This document shows, in pieces, positions 13,840-24,538 of a stretch of 64,000 bases of DNA. The notes below the pieces were generated by a model. It was not told the DNA's origin. It searched no databases and was given only the letters and a program-made list of their open reading frames with translations. Both the position numbers and the translations under genes were made by a program. Each line of letters opens with the position of its first letter. The first letter of the stretch is position 1. Source of the stretch: an uncultured Gemmataceae bacterium. GTDB lineage: Bacteria > Planctomycetota > Planctomycetia > Gemmatales > Gemmataceae. The stretch is taken from NCBI GenBank assembly GCA_963750165.1, contig CAVVPN010000012.1, positions 608,001 through 672,000 of the forward strand. Reading direction: 5' to 3'.

Positions 13840-14957
13840 TCAGCGCAACACCACAAACCAAACGAGCGCCGCGGTGATGACGCCCAGGATGAGCCAGACC
13901 CAGCCGGGATGTTCTTCGAGCCACCATTCCACGGGGCGCAGCAGCCGCGCGAAGCACCAGCAGCGGCGCAGGCAGCGCACCTGCTCGCGCAAGAAGCTCA
14001 GGTGCTCGACCAGGACGCTGCGGCCCTCGTTCCAGTCGGCGCGAGCAGGCCGCGCTCCTCGGTGTCGAGGCCCTTGAAGATGTCGGCGGACGCCTCCTGC
14101 TCGGCGATGGCAACGAGGCGGTAGCCGGGCTGTCCGGGGTGGCCGAGGATGGGCGGGTAGGTGCCCAGCAACTCGAAGACGGCCACGAGCTGGCGCGTCA
14201 GCTCGGCTTCCTCCGCGGGGCGCGTCAGGGTGCGAGCCGGCTTGCTGACATACTTGCCCGCCCGCTGCCAGGCACGCAGCAGTCGTCGCGTCTCCAGGAT
14301 GCGTTCGAGCAGGCCGCGGCGGGTGCCGAGGCCGTGCCGTGCCGCCCGCGATCGGCGGGCCAGCGCGGCGATGGGGTTGGTTGGCCGCCGCGCTGGCGCC
14401 GCCAGCGCTGGCGCCGCCGGCGCTGGCGCCGGTTCGACCGGCACGGCTGCGACTGCTTGCGTCACCGGCACGGCAACCGGCAGCGCCACCGGAGGCGGGG
14501 CGGGCGGCATTTTCGGGGCGTCCAGGTGGGTCACCGGTCTGGTGGACACCGTGTCCATTGACGATTTCGGCACAGGAGTGGGCTTGCTCGACCGCAAGGG
14601 CAGCAGGGCGATGTGCGTGGTCACCGGCGTGGTGACCGGGCGGATGCCCAGCTTGGCGTCGTAGGCCAGTTTGGCCCGCGGTTCGGTGAGGCAGCAGAAC
14701 GCCTGGGCCAGCAAGTTCATGGCCTCGGTCGCCGCCGCCGGGCTCGCCAGCTGGTACGAGCGCACCAGGGCCAGCAGTTCCTGCACCCGCTGCTCGATGC
14801 GGTTCGTGTCCGCCTCGCCGGGGGGCAGGCCCAGCAGGGTATAGTGGTCCGGCGGCCAGGCGGTACCGGTCGGCAGGCCCAGCCAGGCGCCGATCAGTTC
14901 CCGGGCCGATTTGTTCGTCGTCGGTATCACGGTCATGGTGGTTTTCGTGGGTTTCAT
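13840..14957 (-). CDS. Hypothetical protein with WPPDHYTLLGL N-terminal domain and C-terminal TM helix; frameshift near 14040
   Basis: Planctomycete-type J-domain-like N-terminus; hydrophobic C-terminus in the adjacent frame. Confidence 0.65.
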
Positions 14958-15243
14958 CCGTTTTCACCCAGCAGGAAGACCTCGGGGACGCCAGCCGTCC
15001 TCCCAAAACGGGTCGCGACTTTCATCCTCTCTTAATAACATGCCAAATTTCTTTCCCAATTGCAAAGAATTGTTTCCGACAAGAATTGCCGGATCGGTTC
15101 GCCGGTCTTGCGCAGCCTGCCCCCCGCTCGCCAAAATGCACGCCGCAAGCCACCTTGTTCACGGCGGTCGATTCTGTTACAAGCACGCTCCACCGCGGAT
15201 GCTGCCGCCGTGAACACCCGGGCTCGCAGGTCGAAGCAGTGGC

Positions 15244-17265
15244 ATGAGAAACTTTTTACGTGCGCTCCGCTACGCCTGGCCCTACCGTCATCGGCTCGCC
15301 ACGTCGGTCGCGTGTGCCCTGGCCGCCGCGGTTTTCTGGGGCCTGAACTTCACCGCCATCTATCCCGTCCTGAAAATTTTGGGCTCCGATCAGAACCTGC
15401 AGCAGTGGGTCAACGGCGAAATCAAGCGCACCAAGAAGGATGTCGCCGGCTGGGAAACCCAGGTAGAGGAGATGACCCGGCGCGGCGAGGAACTCGACAA
15501 GCTGCCGCCCTCCAAGCTGAAGGACAAGGAGCAGCGTCGCCTGGACGGCGGCCTGGCCAAGATCGAAAGCCGCCTGGAAGCCGCCCGCCATGAACTGTAC
15601 CGCTTCCAGTTGCTCAAGCAGTACATCGACCTGATTTTCCCATCGGATCGCTTCCAGACGCTGGCGCTGGTGATCGGTTTGGTGGTCGCGGCCGTCGCCA
15701 TCAAGGGGGTGTTCGAGTTCTGCCAGGAAACGCTGGTCGGCAGCGTCGTCAACCTGTCGCTGTTCGACCTGCGCAACCGCTTCTATCGGAATGTCATCCA
15801 CCTGGACGTGGGCGCCTTCAGCGCCGAGGGCACGCACGAATTGATGGCCCGCCTGACCAACGACATGGAACTGCTGGCCGCGGGGCTCAAGACGCTGTTT
15901 GGCCGGGTGGTCGCGGAGCCGCTGCGGGCGCTGGCGTGCGTCATCATCGCCTGCTGGATCAGCTGGCAGTTGACGCTGATGTTCCTGGTGCTGGTGCCGG
16001 TGGCGCTGTTCATCCTGACCAAGGTCGGCCGCATGATGAAGCGAGCCACGCGCCGCCTGCTGGAGCGAATGTCGCACATCTACAAGCATCTGCAGGAGAC
16101 GTTCCTGGGCATCCGCGTGGTGAAGGCGTTCACGCGCGAGCCCTACGAGCGCCGCCGCTTCGCCAGCGCCACGCGCGACTACTACCACAAGTCGATGTGG
16201 GTGGTGAAGCTGGACGCGCTGGCCGGGCCGATTATCGAGGTGCTGGGCGTTGCGGCGGTGGCGACGGCGCTGCTGGCCGGGGCGTTTCTGGTGCTGAACC
16301 GCGAGACGCACTTGTTCGGCCTGCGCATGAGCGAGCAGCCGCTGGACACCGAAACGCTGCTGCAACTGTACGCGCTGCTGGCGGCCATCGCGGACCCGGT
16401 GCGCAAGCTGTCGAGCGTCTACACGCGCATCCAGTCCGGGGCGGCGGCCAGCGACCGCGTCTTCCACTTCATGGACCGCGAGGCGAAGGTGCGGCGGAAC
16501 AGTTCCGCACCGCGCCTGGAGCAGCACGGCCACGACATCGAGTTCCGCGACGTGTGCTTCTCCTACGAGCCGGGCCGCTCCATCCTGACGGGGGTGCATC
16601 TGCATGTGCGGCACGGCGAAACGATCGCGGTGGTGGGCAAGAACGGTAGCGGCAAGACAACGCTGCTGAACCTGCTACCGCGCTTCTACGACCCGGACCA
16701 CGGCTCGATTTTCATTGACGGCCAGGACATCCGCGGCGTGAACCTGCGCAGTCTGCGGCAGCAAATCGGCATGGTCACGCAGGACGCCATTCTGTTCGAC
16801 GACACGATCTACAACAACATCGCCTACGGCAACCGGCGGGCGAAGCGTGAGGACGTGGAGCGCGTGGCCCTGCTGGCGGACGCGCACGGCTTCATCCAGG
16901 GGCTGACCCACGGTTACGAGACGCGCATCGGCGAGGCGGGCTTAAAAATTTCGGGCGGTCAGCGGCAGCGGTTGGCGCTGGCGCGGGCGCTGCTCAGCGA
17001 CCCGAGCATCTTGATCCTGGACGAGTTCACCAGTCAGTATGACGCCGAGAGCGAGGCGATTCTGCACGATGGTCTGCGCGACTTTTTGAAGGGCCGGACG
17101 ACGTTCATCATCACGCACCGGCTGAACACGCTGGAGATCGCGGATCGGGTGGTGGTGGTGGACGGCGGTCGCATCGCCGCGCTGGGCACGCACGGCGAAC
17201 TGCTCAAGACCTGCCCGCTGTATCAGCGGCTGCACGAGGCCCAGTTTCAGCGCCTGGTGGCGTGA
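15244..17265 (+). CDS. ABC exporter, fused permease/ATPase (MsbA-like)
   Basis: TM domain, GKNGSGKT, ISGGQ, ILILDE, ITHRL. Confidence 0.92.
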   Translation: MRNFLRALRYAWPYRHRLATSVACALAAAVFWGLNFTAIYPVLKILGSDQNLQQWVNGEIKRTKKDVAGWETQVEEMTRRGEELDKLPPSKLKDKEQRRLDGGLAKIESRLEAARHELYRFQLLKQYIDLIFPSDRFQTLALVIGLVVAAVAIKGVFEFCQETLVGSVVNLSLFDLRNRFYRNVIHLDVGAFSAEGTHELMARLTNDMELLAAGLKTLFGRVVAEPLRALACVIIACWISWQLTLMFLVLVPVALFILTKVGRMMKRATRRLLERMSHIYKHLQETFLGIRVVKAFTREPYERRRFASATRDYYHKSMWVVKLDALAGPIIEVLGVAAVATALLAGAFLVLNRETHLFGLRMSEQPLDTETLLQLYALLAAIADPVRKLSSVYTRIQSGAAASDRVFHFMDREAKVRRNSSAPRLEQHGHDIEFRDVCFSYEPGRSILTGVHLHVRHGETIAVVGKNGSGKTTLLNLLPRFYDPDHGSIFIDGQDIRGVNLRSLRQQIGMVTQDAILFDDTIYNNIAYGNRRAKREDVERVALLADAHGFIQGLTHGYETRIGEAGLKISGGQRQRLALARALLSDPSILILDEFTSQYDAESEAILHDGLRDFLKGRTTFIITHRLNTLEIADRVVVVDGGRIAALGTHGELLKTCPLYQRLHEAQFQRLVA

Positions 17266-17267
17266 CG

Positions 17268-18701
17268 ATGACGGTTGACCCCCGAATAATACCGCGGCCC
17301 GGCCCCCTCCTCGCCCTGGCGATCCCGCTCGTTCTCAGCTACTGCCTCTTCTTTCACCGACTCGGCGACCGCGACCTGTCGAGCAGCCACGAGGCGCGCG
17401 CGGCCCAGCACGCGCAAATGATGCTCGACACCGGCGACTGGCTGCTGCCGCGGCTGTTCGACAAGCGTGTCGAGTTGCAGAAGCCGCCGGGCTATTACTG
17501 GTGCGCCGCGGCGCTGGGCTGGCTGCACGGCGGCCGGGTGGATGCGTGGTGTGTGCGGTTGCCGGCCGCGCTGGCGGCGCTGGCGACGGTGCTGTTGCTG
17601 GCGGCCCAGGGACGCCGCGGCCTGGTCGCGGCGCTGCTGCTGGCGACGATGGTGCATTTCACCTGGCTGGCGCGTGTCGGCCGCATTGACATGGTGCTGA
17701 CACTGACGGTGACGGCGGCGCTGGTTTGTTTTCGGCAAGCGGCGGAGCAGAAGGGACGCAGGCGCTGGCTCCTCACCGCCTACCTCGCGCTCGCGGCGGG
17801 TCTGCTGCTCAAGGGCCCCATCGCCGTGGCGCTGCCGGCCGCCGTCCTGCTGGCGCAGCGCCTCGTCGAGCGCCGCCTGAACCGGTCCTGCGTCCGCGAA
17901 CTTGGGCTGGGGTGGGGTGTGCCGCTGACGCTGGCCGTGGCGCTGCCGTGGTACGCCTGGGTCGATTGGCAGACGCAGGGCGAGCTATTCCGCGTCTTTT
18001 TCTGGCATCACAACGTCGAGCGCGGCTTCGGCGACGACGCGGCCCTGGCCGCGCATCCGTGGTGGTTCTACGGCCCGCGCCTGGCCATCGACCTGTTGCC
18101 GTGGAGCCAGCTGTTGCCGGCGGCGCTGTGGTGGTGCGCGCGGCGGCGCGAGTTGCGTGCCGACCCCGAGGTGCGCTTTGGCCTGGTCTGGTTGCTGGCG
18201 GTCGTGGCACTGCTGTCGCTGATGCGTTTCAAGCGCGCGGACTATCTGCTGCCGGCGTACCCCGGGGCGGCGCTGTTCCTGGCCGGCGTCCTCGAACACG
18301 GCTGGCGGCAGTCGCGGCAGCGCGTGCGCCTGGCGCTGGGCGGCGGCGCGCTGGTCGCGGGCTGCGCATTGGGTTGGCTGGCGTTCGTCGAGCGCGGCCT
18401 GTCGCGGCCCGAAGCCGGCGACGGCACCCGACCGTTCGCGCTGGCGATCCGCCAACAAACCACCGGCCGTGTCGCGTTCTTCCGCACCGAGGCACACGCG
18501 CTGGCGTTCCACGTCGGCCGGCCTGTCGTCACCTTGATCGAGTGGGAAAACCTCGATCGCTGGCTAGCCCGGGGCGAACCGCTGCACGTCGTCATGCCGG
18601 CGGACTGTGCTGCGGAGTGGCCGCGTCACCTCCATAACGGCTGGCTCGAAGAAGTGGAGCGCCGCGGCCCTCTGGTGCTGCTGCGCGCTCGCCCTTCGTA
18701 A
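17268..18701 (+). CDS. ArnT/PMT-like (GT39/GT83) membrane glycosyltransferase
   Basis: HEAR, QKPP, RIDM, LLKGP, YLLPAYP; many TM segments. Confidence 0.82.
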   Translation: MTVDPRIIPRPGPLLALAIPLVLSYCLFFHRLGDRDLSSSHEARAAQHAQMMLDTGDWLLPRLFDKRVELQKPPGYYWCAAALGWLHGGRVDAWCVRLPAALAALATVLLLAAQGRRGLVAALLLATMVHFTWLARVGRIDMVLTLTVTAALVCFRQAAEQKGRRRWLLTAYLALAAGLLLKGPIAVALPAAVLLAQRLVERRLNRSCVRELGLGWGVPLTLAVALPWYAWVDWQTQGELFRVFFWHHNVERGFGDDAALAAHPWWFYGPRLAIDLLPWSQLLPAALWWCARRRELRADPEVRFGLVWLLAVVALLSLMRFKRADYLLPAYPGAALFLAGVLEHGWRQSRQRVRLALGGGALVAGCALGWLAFVERGLSRPEAGDGTRPFALAIRQQTTGRVAFFRTEAHALAFHVGRPVVTLIEWENLDRWLARGEPLHVVMPADCAAEWPRHLHNGWLEEVERRGPLVLLRARPS

Positions 18702-18702
18702 T

Positions 18703-18895
18703 CCAAGGCGCGGTAACCGATACCCACACGAGCCGAGTAGACAGGCGGCGGACCAGAGTTGACTTGCTTGAACCGAAGCCCCGGGTGGGACGAGTTCTTC
18801 TGGAAAATCGCGTAGGCATCCTGGGCCTGTCGTTGGACCTGTGCCGGGAGTGCGGCCAACTGTTCCAGGAAGTGACGGGTCATATGTGAGGTCAT
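18703..18895 (-). pseudogene. RelE/ParE-like toxin, C-terminally truncated
   Basis: HPGLRFKQV...VYSARVGIGYRAL, then runs into the antisense of the ArnT stop; ATGA overlap with the antitoxin. Confidence 0.7.
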
Positions 18896-19110
18896 AACCG
18901 CTCCGGGTCCAGCGGCTGCGTCTGGCCTGCCCGATGTTCAGCCAGAGCTGCCGCCGCCAAGGTCACGAGCTTCTGGCGCGAAGCTGTGATCGCCTTGTCG
19001 AAGTCATCCTCCGCGGCGAGTTCGGCGAGGACTCGCGCAGCGAGCAAGTCTTGTTCCGCCTCCGAGAGTTTGGTTGCTGCATCGAAAGCCTGTTGAAGTA
19101 ACGTCGTCAT
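18892..19110 (-). CDS. Putative type II antitoxin (72 aa)
   Basis: LLQQAF...LSEAEQDLLA...ALAEHRAG pattern; AAGGAGGT RBS; coupled to the toxin gene. Confidence 0.75.
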   Translation of the reverse strand: MTTLLQQAFDAATKLSEAEQDLLAARVLAELAAEDDFDKAITASRQKLVTLAAAALAEHRAGQTQPLDPERL

Positions 19111-19445
19111 CGAGACACCTCCTTGCCCATATTGTAGCCGAAAGAGAGATTCACGCCCCGTGGAGTTTCAGGGCGGCCGACCAGCTGTTCAACGACCCGC
19201 TTGGCCTCAGTCAGCGTTTCTGGCCCAAGCCAGTCTCGAAGTTCTGCCTCGTCCCCGGATCGCCAGTCGGGAAGTCGCCTCCCACGCGGCAGCGCCGTTT
19301 GCAGGAACGCTCGAAGATCGGGCGGAAACCGGAAGGCAAACTTCGTCTCGGCGGCGATGACCTCGGCGTTGGTCAAGCCGGCGTCGAACGCGACACCGTG
19401 CGACTGCAATCGAGCAACCAGGTCGTCCCAGGCATCCGCTGTCAT
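19107..19445 (-). pseudogene. SMI1/KNR4-like immunity protein fragment
   Basis: GLTNAEVIAAETKFAFRFPPDLRAFL...PDWR; loses family character after RDWL. Confidence 0.6.
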
Positions 19446-19602
19446 CGGCCACGTCCTCCGTCGTCGAATTATTGGAAAAGCCGGAAGAAACCTGCAGCCG
19501 TTTCGTATCGCTATGAAAGGCACGGGTTTTTGTGGAGTGGGATGAATATAACTTCTCGAACGGACAAACGGAAGTGCGTCGGCACGGTTTGTTGAGACCA
19601 AC

Positions 19603-20481
19603 ATGCCTGAACCCCCCAAGCGGCCACCCATCGCCACGGCGGCCCTCAGCCTGGTACTGCCGGTCCACAACGCCGGCGCCGACCTTGACGCGCTGCTGGC
19701 GCCCTGGGTCGAGTTCCTCGACCAGCGCAAGCGGCCCCATGAAATCCTGCTCGTCAACGACGGCAGCAGCGACGACACCGCTGCCCGCGCCGACGAGCTG
19801 GCCCAGAAGCTGCCGAAACTCCGCGTCCACCACCACGCAACGCCGTGCGGCTTCGGCGCTGCGCTGCGCACCGGCCTGGCCGCGGCCCGGCATCCGCTGC
19901 TCGCCTACGCCCCGCTCGACCGCCAGTTTCAGGCCGCGGACCTCCAGTGCCTCGTGGACAAAATCGACGAGGTGGACCTGGTGGTCGGCTATCGGTTGTC
20001 GCAAACCGTGCCGGGCTGGTTGCAGTCGCTGCACACCGGCTGGCGGGCCGCGGCGCGGGTGCTGTTCGCTGTGCCGCTGGAGCCGCTGTCGTGCTGGCTC
20101 GGCTGGCGCGGTCTGCTGCGCCGCCGCCTGATCCGCACCGTCTTCGGCGTCCGCGTCCACGACGTCGGCTGCCTGTTCGCGCTGTGCCGCCGCGAAATCT
20201 TCGAGCGCTTTCCCCTGCAGTCGGACAGCAGCTTCGTTCATGTGGAAATCCTGGCCAAGGCGAACTTCATCACCTGCTGGATGAGCCAGGTGCCGCTCCA
20301 GCACCAGCCGCCGGCGGTACGGCCGCGGGAGCGGCGCGGCCGCGACGCCTGGCGGGTGTTCCAGCATCCGCGCTTCGGCAAGGAAGCGCCCGAGCCGCCG
20401 GCGCCTCCCCCCCACCCCGCCCCTCCCCCACCAGGGGGGAGGGAGAAGGAAGCCCCTCTCCCTGACGCGGGTTTGTCATGA
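19603..20481 (+). CDS. Glycosyltransferase family 2
   Basis: SLVLPVHN, VNDGSSDDT, GFGAALRTG, EILAKA. Confidence 0.85.
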   Translation: MPEPPKRPPIATAALSLVLPVHNAGADLDALLAPWVEFLDQRKRPHEILLVNDGSSDDTAARADELAQKLPKLRVHHHATPCGFGAALRTGLAAARHPLLAYAPLDRQFQAADLQCLVDKIDEVDLVVGYRLSQTVPGWLQSLHTGWRAAARVLFAVPLEPLSCWLGWRGLLRRRLIRTVFGVRVHDVGCLFALCRREIFERFPLQSDSSFVHVEILAKANFITCWMSQVPLQHQPPAVRPRERRGRDAWRVFQHPRFGKEAPEPPAPPPHPAPPPPGGREKEAPLPDAGLS

Positions 20482-22190
20482 CCTGGACGCAGAACTACGA
20501 CCCGCTCGGCAGTCCCGTGCTCTCGACCCTGGTGGCGGCGCTGCCGATCGTGCTGTTGCTCGGAGCGCTGGCGACCGGTCGCGTCTCGTCGGCACTGGCG
20601 GCGCTGCTCGGCCTGACCGCGGCGCTGCTGACGGCGGCGCTCGTCTTCGTGGCCAGCAACCCCGAGTTGCCCGAGCGCGGCGCCCGCATCGCGGCGTGGG
20701 CGCCGACCATGCTGGCAGCGCTCGGCTACGGCGCCGCGTTCGGTCTGTTGCCCATCGGCTGGATCGTCCTGGCGGCCATCTTTCTGTACACGCTCACCGT
20801 CGAAACCGGTCAGTTCGAGATCGTCAAGCACTCCGTCACGAACCTGTCCGACGACCGTCGGTTGCAAGCGCTGCTGATCGCGTTCAGCTTCGGGGCGTTC
20901 GTCGAGGGGGCGGCCGGCTTTGGTACGCCGGTGGCCATCTCCGCGGCGCTGATGATGGGCGCCGGCTTCAAACCGCTGCAGGCCGCGGGGCTGGCGCTGC
21001 TGGCGAACACCTCACCCGTGGCGTTCGGGGCGCTGGGCACGCCGATCCTCACACTGGCGCAGGTGACGCTGCCGCCCAACGTACCGCTGGCGGAGTGGGA
21101 ACTGCGCCTGAGCCAGATGGCGGGCCGGCAGCTGCCGTTCTTCTCGCTGATCGTGCCGGTGTGGCTGGTGTGGGTGATGGCCGGCTGGCGCGGCGTGCGC
21201 GGCGTCTGGCCGGCGCTGCTGGTCTGCGGCGGCAGTTTCGCGCTGGTGCAGTTTCTCGTCTCCAACCTGCACGGCCCCTGGCTGGTGGACGTGGCCGGTG
21301 GCCTGGTGTCGATGCTCTGCCTGGCACTCTTCCTGCGCGTCTGGAAGCCGCGCGCAGTCTTTCACTTCCCCGACGAACCGCCGCCCGCCGCGCCGCCGCG
21401 CCACACGCGCCGCCAGATGATCGCCGCGTGGGTGCCGTGGCTGCTGCTGACCGTGTTCGTCTTCCTGTGGGGCCTGCCGCAGATCAAGGGGCCGCTCAAC
21501 GTGACTTCGCCCGTGCTGGAAATCCCGCTGCTGCACCGGCACGTCCAGCGCGGCCCGCAAGTGACGGAGAAACCGGAGCCGGAAAAAGCGGAATATCAAT
21601 TGCAATGGCTGTCGAGCACGGGCACGGGCATTTTCCTGGCGGCGGTGCTGTCGGCGTGCTGGCTCGGCATTGGGCCGCGGCGTTTCGTGGTGTTGTTTGG
21701 GCGGACGTGCTGGCGGATGCGCGTACCGCTGTTCACGATCGCCTGCATGTTGGCCATCGCCTACGTGACGCGCTTCAGCGGCATGGACGCGACGCTCGGC
21801 CTGGCGCTGACGCAGACCGGCTGGGTGTATCCGCTGTTCGCGGCGCTGCTCGGTTGGCTGGGCGTCGCCCTGACCGGCTCGGACACGTCCTCCAACGCGC
21901 TGTTCGGCAGCCTGCAAACGATCACGGCCCGCGACCTGGTGAGCCGCGACGTGCTGCCGTTGACGGAGTTGCAGGCGATGACGCTGCTGGCGACGGCCAA
22001 CAGCACGGGCGGCGTCATGGGCAAGATGATCGACGCTCAGAGCATCGTCGTGGCCGCGGCGGCGACGCAGCAGCCCGGCCAGGAGGGGCCGATTCTGCGC
22101 TTCGTGTTCTGGCACAGCCTGGTGCTCGCGATCTTCATGGGCTTGCTGGTGCTGCTGCAGGCGTATGTCTGGACGGGATTGATTCCCTGA
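20478..22190 (+). CDS. lctP: L-lactate permease family transporter
   Basis: WTQNYDP, FVEGAAGFGTP, PVAFGALGTP, TGSDTSSNALFG, GKMIDAQSI. Confidence 0.9.
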   Translation: MTWTQNYDPLGSPVLSTLVAALPIVLLLGALATGRVSSALAALLGLTAALLTAALVFVASNPELPERGARIAAWAPTMLAALGYGAAFGLLPIGWIVLAAIFLYTLTVETGQFEIVKHSVTNLSDDRRLQALLIAFSFGAFVEGAAGFGTPVAISAALMMGAGFKPLQAAGLALLANTSPVAFGALGTPILTLAQVTLPPNVPLAEWELRLSQMAGRQLPFFSLIVPVWLVWVMAGWRGVRGVWPALLVCGGSFALVQFLVSNLHGPWLVDVAGGLVSMLCLALFLRVWKPRAVFHFPDEPPPAAPPRHTRRQMIAAWVPWLLLTVFVFLWGLPQIKGPLNVTSPVLEIPLLHRHVQRGPQVTEKPEPEKAEYQLQWLSSTGTGIFLAAVLSACWLGIGPRRFVVLFGRTCWRMRVPLFTIACMLAIAYVTRFSGMDATLGLALTQTGWVYPLFAALLGWLGVALTGSDTSSNALFGSLQTITARDLVSRDVLPLTELQAMTLLATANSTGGVMGKMIDAQSIVVAAAATQQPGQEGPILRFVFWHSLVLAIFMGLLVLLQAYVWTGLIP

Positions 22191-22306
22191 GTGGCCATTT
22201 GGCGCGGGCCGCGCCGGGTGGTACGATGGGCGCTTAGAAGCAGAACCCCTTCGGCCCTCCCCCGGAGCGGGGTGGGTCGGCGTGCCCTGGGCAAAGGAGA
22301 CCGGCC

Positions 22307-22765
22307 GTGATCAACATCAAGCGGATCGTCTACGCCACCGACTTTTCGCCCTATTCCAACCAGGCGTACTTTCACGCCATCACGTTGGCGGAAAGTCATG
22401 AAGCCAGCCTGACCATTCTGCACGTCTGGAACGCCGATGGTTCGTCGGCCGCCGAGCGCGACCGGGACCGGGCGTACTGGCGGCAGCAGCTGGAGCAGAT
22501 CCGTCCTGTGAATCCGCACATTCCCGTCCGCCATGTCCTGTTGGAGGGCGACGCGGCGCAGCAGATCATCCGCTACAGTGTGGACCACGGCGCCGACCTG
22601 ATCGTCCTGGGCACGCACGGCCGCACCGGCGTCGAACGGCAGTTGATGGGCAGTGTGGCTGAAAAGGTGATGCGCGACGCGGCCTGCTCCGTGCTCGTAG
22701 TCAAGATGCCGCACAGCACGCCCGTGACCGAGCCGCGCGAAGTGGCCGCCCTGAGCCGGGCGTGA
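22307..22765 (+). CDS. Universal stress protein
   Basis: ATDFS, DLIVLGTHGRTG, MGSVAEKV. Confidence 0.9.
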   Translation: MINIKRIVYATDFSPYSNQAYFHAITLAESHEASLTILHVWNADGSSAAERDRDRAYWRQQLEQIRPVNPHIPVRHVLLEGDAAQQIIRYSVDHGADLIVLGTHGRTGVERQLMGSVAEKVMRDAACSVLVVKMPHSTPVTEPREVAALSRA

Positions 22766-22772
22766 GGAAGAA

Positions 22773-22880
22773 GGAATTCACCACCGAGAACGCAGCGAGC
22801 GCAGAGAAAAGACAAAAGAATTGTTGGTTCAATTCTTTTGTCTTTTCTCTGCGCTCGCTGCGTTCTCGGTGGTGAATTCC
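22773..22880. repeat. Perfect 51-bp-arm inverted repeat between convergent genes
   Basis: ggaattcaccaccgagaacgcagcgagcgcagagaaaagacaaaagaattg-ttggtt-reverse complement. Confidence 0.88.
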
Positions 22881-22884
22881 CCTC

Positions 22885-23850
22885 TCACGGCGCCGCGTCG
22901 CTGCCGCCGAGCACGTCGTCGGCCTGGTTGAAGCCGGTGCCGACCTTCTTGATCTTGTTCACGTAGAAGTCGTCGCCGTCGGGCGCGCGCGTCGTGCAGA
23001 ACTTGACGCTGCCATCCACGTAGAGCACATTCTGGCCCTTGCCGCCGTGGTTGGGGCTGTTGCCCTTGGTCGCGTCCGGGCCGGGGCAGTCGGCCATCAA
23101 CGGTTTGATGTAGCCCGGCTTGTCCTGCAGGCTCACGCTCAGGCACTTCCCGTTCTCCAGGTAGCCCAGCGAGTAGGCGTATCCAGGGTTCAGGTGCCGG
23201 GCGCTGTGCTCGAACTCCTCGCGGCCCATGTCCTGCAACTGCGCCAGCGTCCACGGCGTGGCCGCGTTGCCGCCCGCGGCGGGGCACTGCACGTTGACGG
23301 TCGCCGGCAGACAGCCCTGGTCGATGAGGTACGGCACCAGCAATCCCGCCGCCTTCCGTGGCCCCGTGATCCGATCGACGTTCGGGAAGCGGCCGTTGCG
23401 GTCGTGGTAGACCATCATCGCCTCGTGAAACTTCCGCAGGTTCTCCTGGCACTCGATCCGGTGGACCGGGTTGTCGTCCGACCGGCCGATCCTGCGCAGC
23501 TGCACCACCCAGGGCAGCGCCGTGCTGACGAACCCCAGCAGCACCAGGGCCGCCACCAGCACGTCAGCGCGCCGCCACGGCGTGCGCGGCGGCCCGAACG
23601 ACCGCTGCGCCGCGGCCGGCGCCTGCGGAAATTCACGGTTGGCCTCGGCGACATGGCGCAGCGTGCGCTCCGCCAGGCCCGGCGGCGGCGCCTCGGCCAG
23701 CCCGGCGTCCGCCGCCAGCGGCTCCAGTGCCTGCCGCAGCAGTTCCAGCCGGGCGCGCGCGTCCGCGTGGTCCGCCAGGTAGGCTTCCACCTGCCGCTGC
23801 GTGAGCGGGTCGAGGGCGTTCAAAAGGTAGCCGATCAGGTTCTCTTCCAT
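22885..23850 (-). CDS. Putative anti-sigma factor with pilin-like/DUF1559 C-terminal region (H-X9-DG)
   Basis: LIGYLLNALD N-terminus, one TM helix, CQENLR, NHGGKGQNVLYVDG; directly after the ECF sigma gene. Confidence 0.7.
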   Translation of the reverse strand: MEENLIGYLLNALDPLTQRQVEAYLADHADARARLELLRQALEPLAADAGLAEAPPPGLAERTLRHVAEANREFPQAPAAAQRSFGPPRTPWRRADVLVAALVLLGFVSTALPWVVQLRRIGRSDDNPVHRIECQENLRKFHEAMMVYHDRNGRFPNVDRITGPRKAAGLLVPYLIDQGCLPATVNVQCPAAGGNAATPWTLAQLQDMGREEFEHSARHLNPGYAYSLGYLENGKCLSVSLQDKPGYIKPLMADCPGPDATKGNSPNHGGKGQNVLYVDGSVKFCTTRAPDGDDFYVNKIKKVGTGFNQADDVLGGSDAAP

Positions 23851-23855
23851 ACGTC

Positions 23856-24485
23856 TTAACGCTCCAGCGGCTCGTCGAGGAACGCGGAGGAGGCTGCCCA
23901 CGTTTCCTGGAGCTTGACCAGGGCCGTGTGCAGGCGCGACTTCACAGTGCCCACCGGGATGCCCACGATGGTGGCGATTTCTCGATATTTCAGGCCGTTA
24001 TAGTACGCCAGCAGCACGACCTGGCGCAGGGCGGCCGGCAGACCATCCACACCAGCGCGGACCAGTCGGCGGCGCTCCTCGCCCTGCACGGCGTCAAGGG
24101 GATCGGGGCCGTGCTCTTGCAGGGCGTCGAGCAGCTGGCGCACGTTGCCACCCTCGGTGGCGCTGCGCTGCTCGTCGAGGCTGACGGCCGCGTGCCGACC
24201 ACTGCGGCGCAGCGCGTCGATGGCCTGGTGCGTGGCGATGGTGTACAACCAGGGCCGCACCGGTCGGCCGCGCTCGTAGGTGGCGATCTTGGTGTAAAGT
24301 TGTAGAAAGGTGTTCTGAAACACGTCATCCGCCAGGGCGGCGTCGCCGAGGTAGCGCTTGAGGTAGCCGAACAGTTCGCGCTCATAGCGGCGCACCAGCA
24401 CCTCAAAGGCGCAGCGCTGTCCGCTCTGGAACTGGGCCAGAAGCTCCTCGTCCGAACAGCAGGTGAGCGCGTCGGTGGAGTCCAC
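23856..24485 (-). CDS. ECF sigma-70 family sigma factor
   Basis: DDVFQNTF, WLYTIA, YREIA...GTVKSRLH. Confidence 0.9.
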   Translation of the reverse strand: MDSTDALTCCSDEELLAQFQSGQRCAFEVLVRRYERELFGYLKRYLGDAALADDVFQNTFLQLYTKIATYERGRPVRPWLYTIATHQAIDALRRSGRHAAVSLDEQRSATEGGNVRQLLDALQEHGPDPLDAVQGEERRRLVRAGVDGLPAALRQVVLLAYYNGLKYREIATIVGIPVGTVKSRLHTALVKLQETWAASSAFLDEPLER

Positions 24486-24538
24486 GTTTCCCCTGGGACT
24501 TGCTACGCGGGCGGCGGCTGATGGGTTCAAATTTTTTT

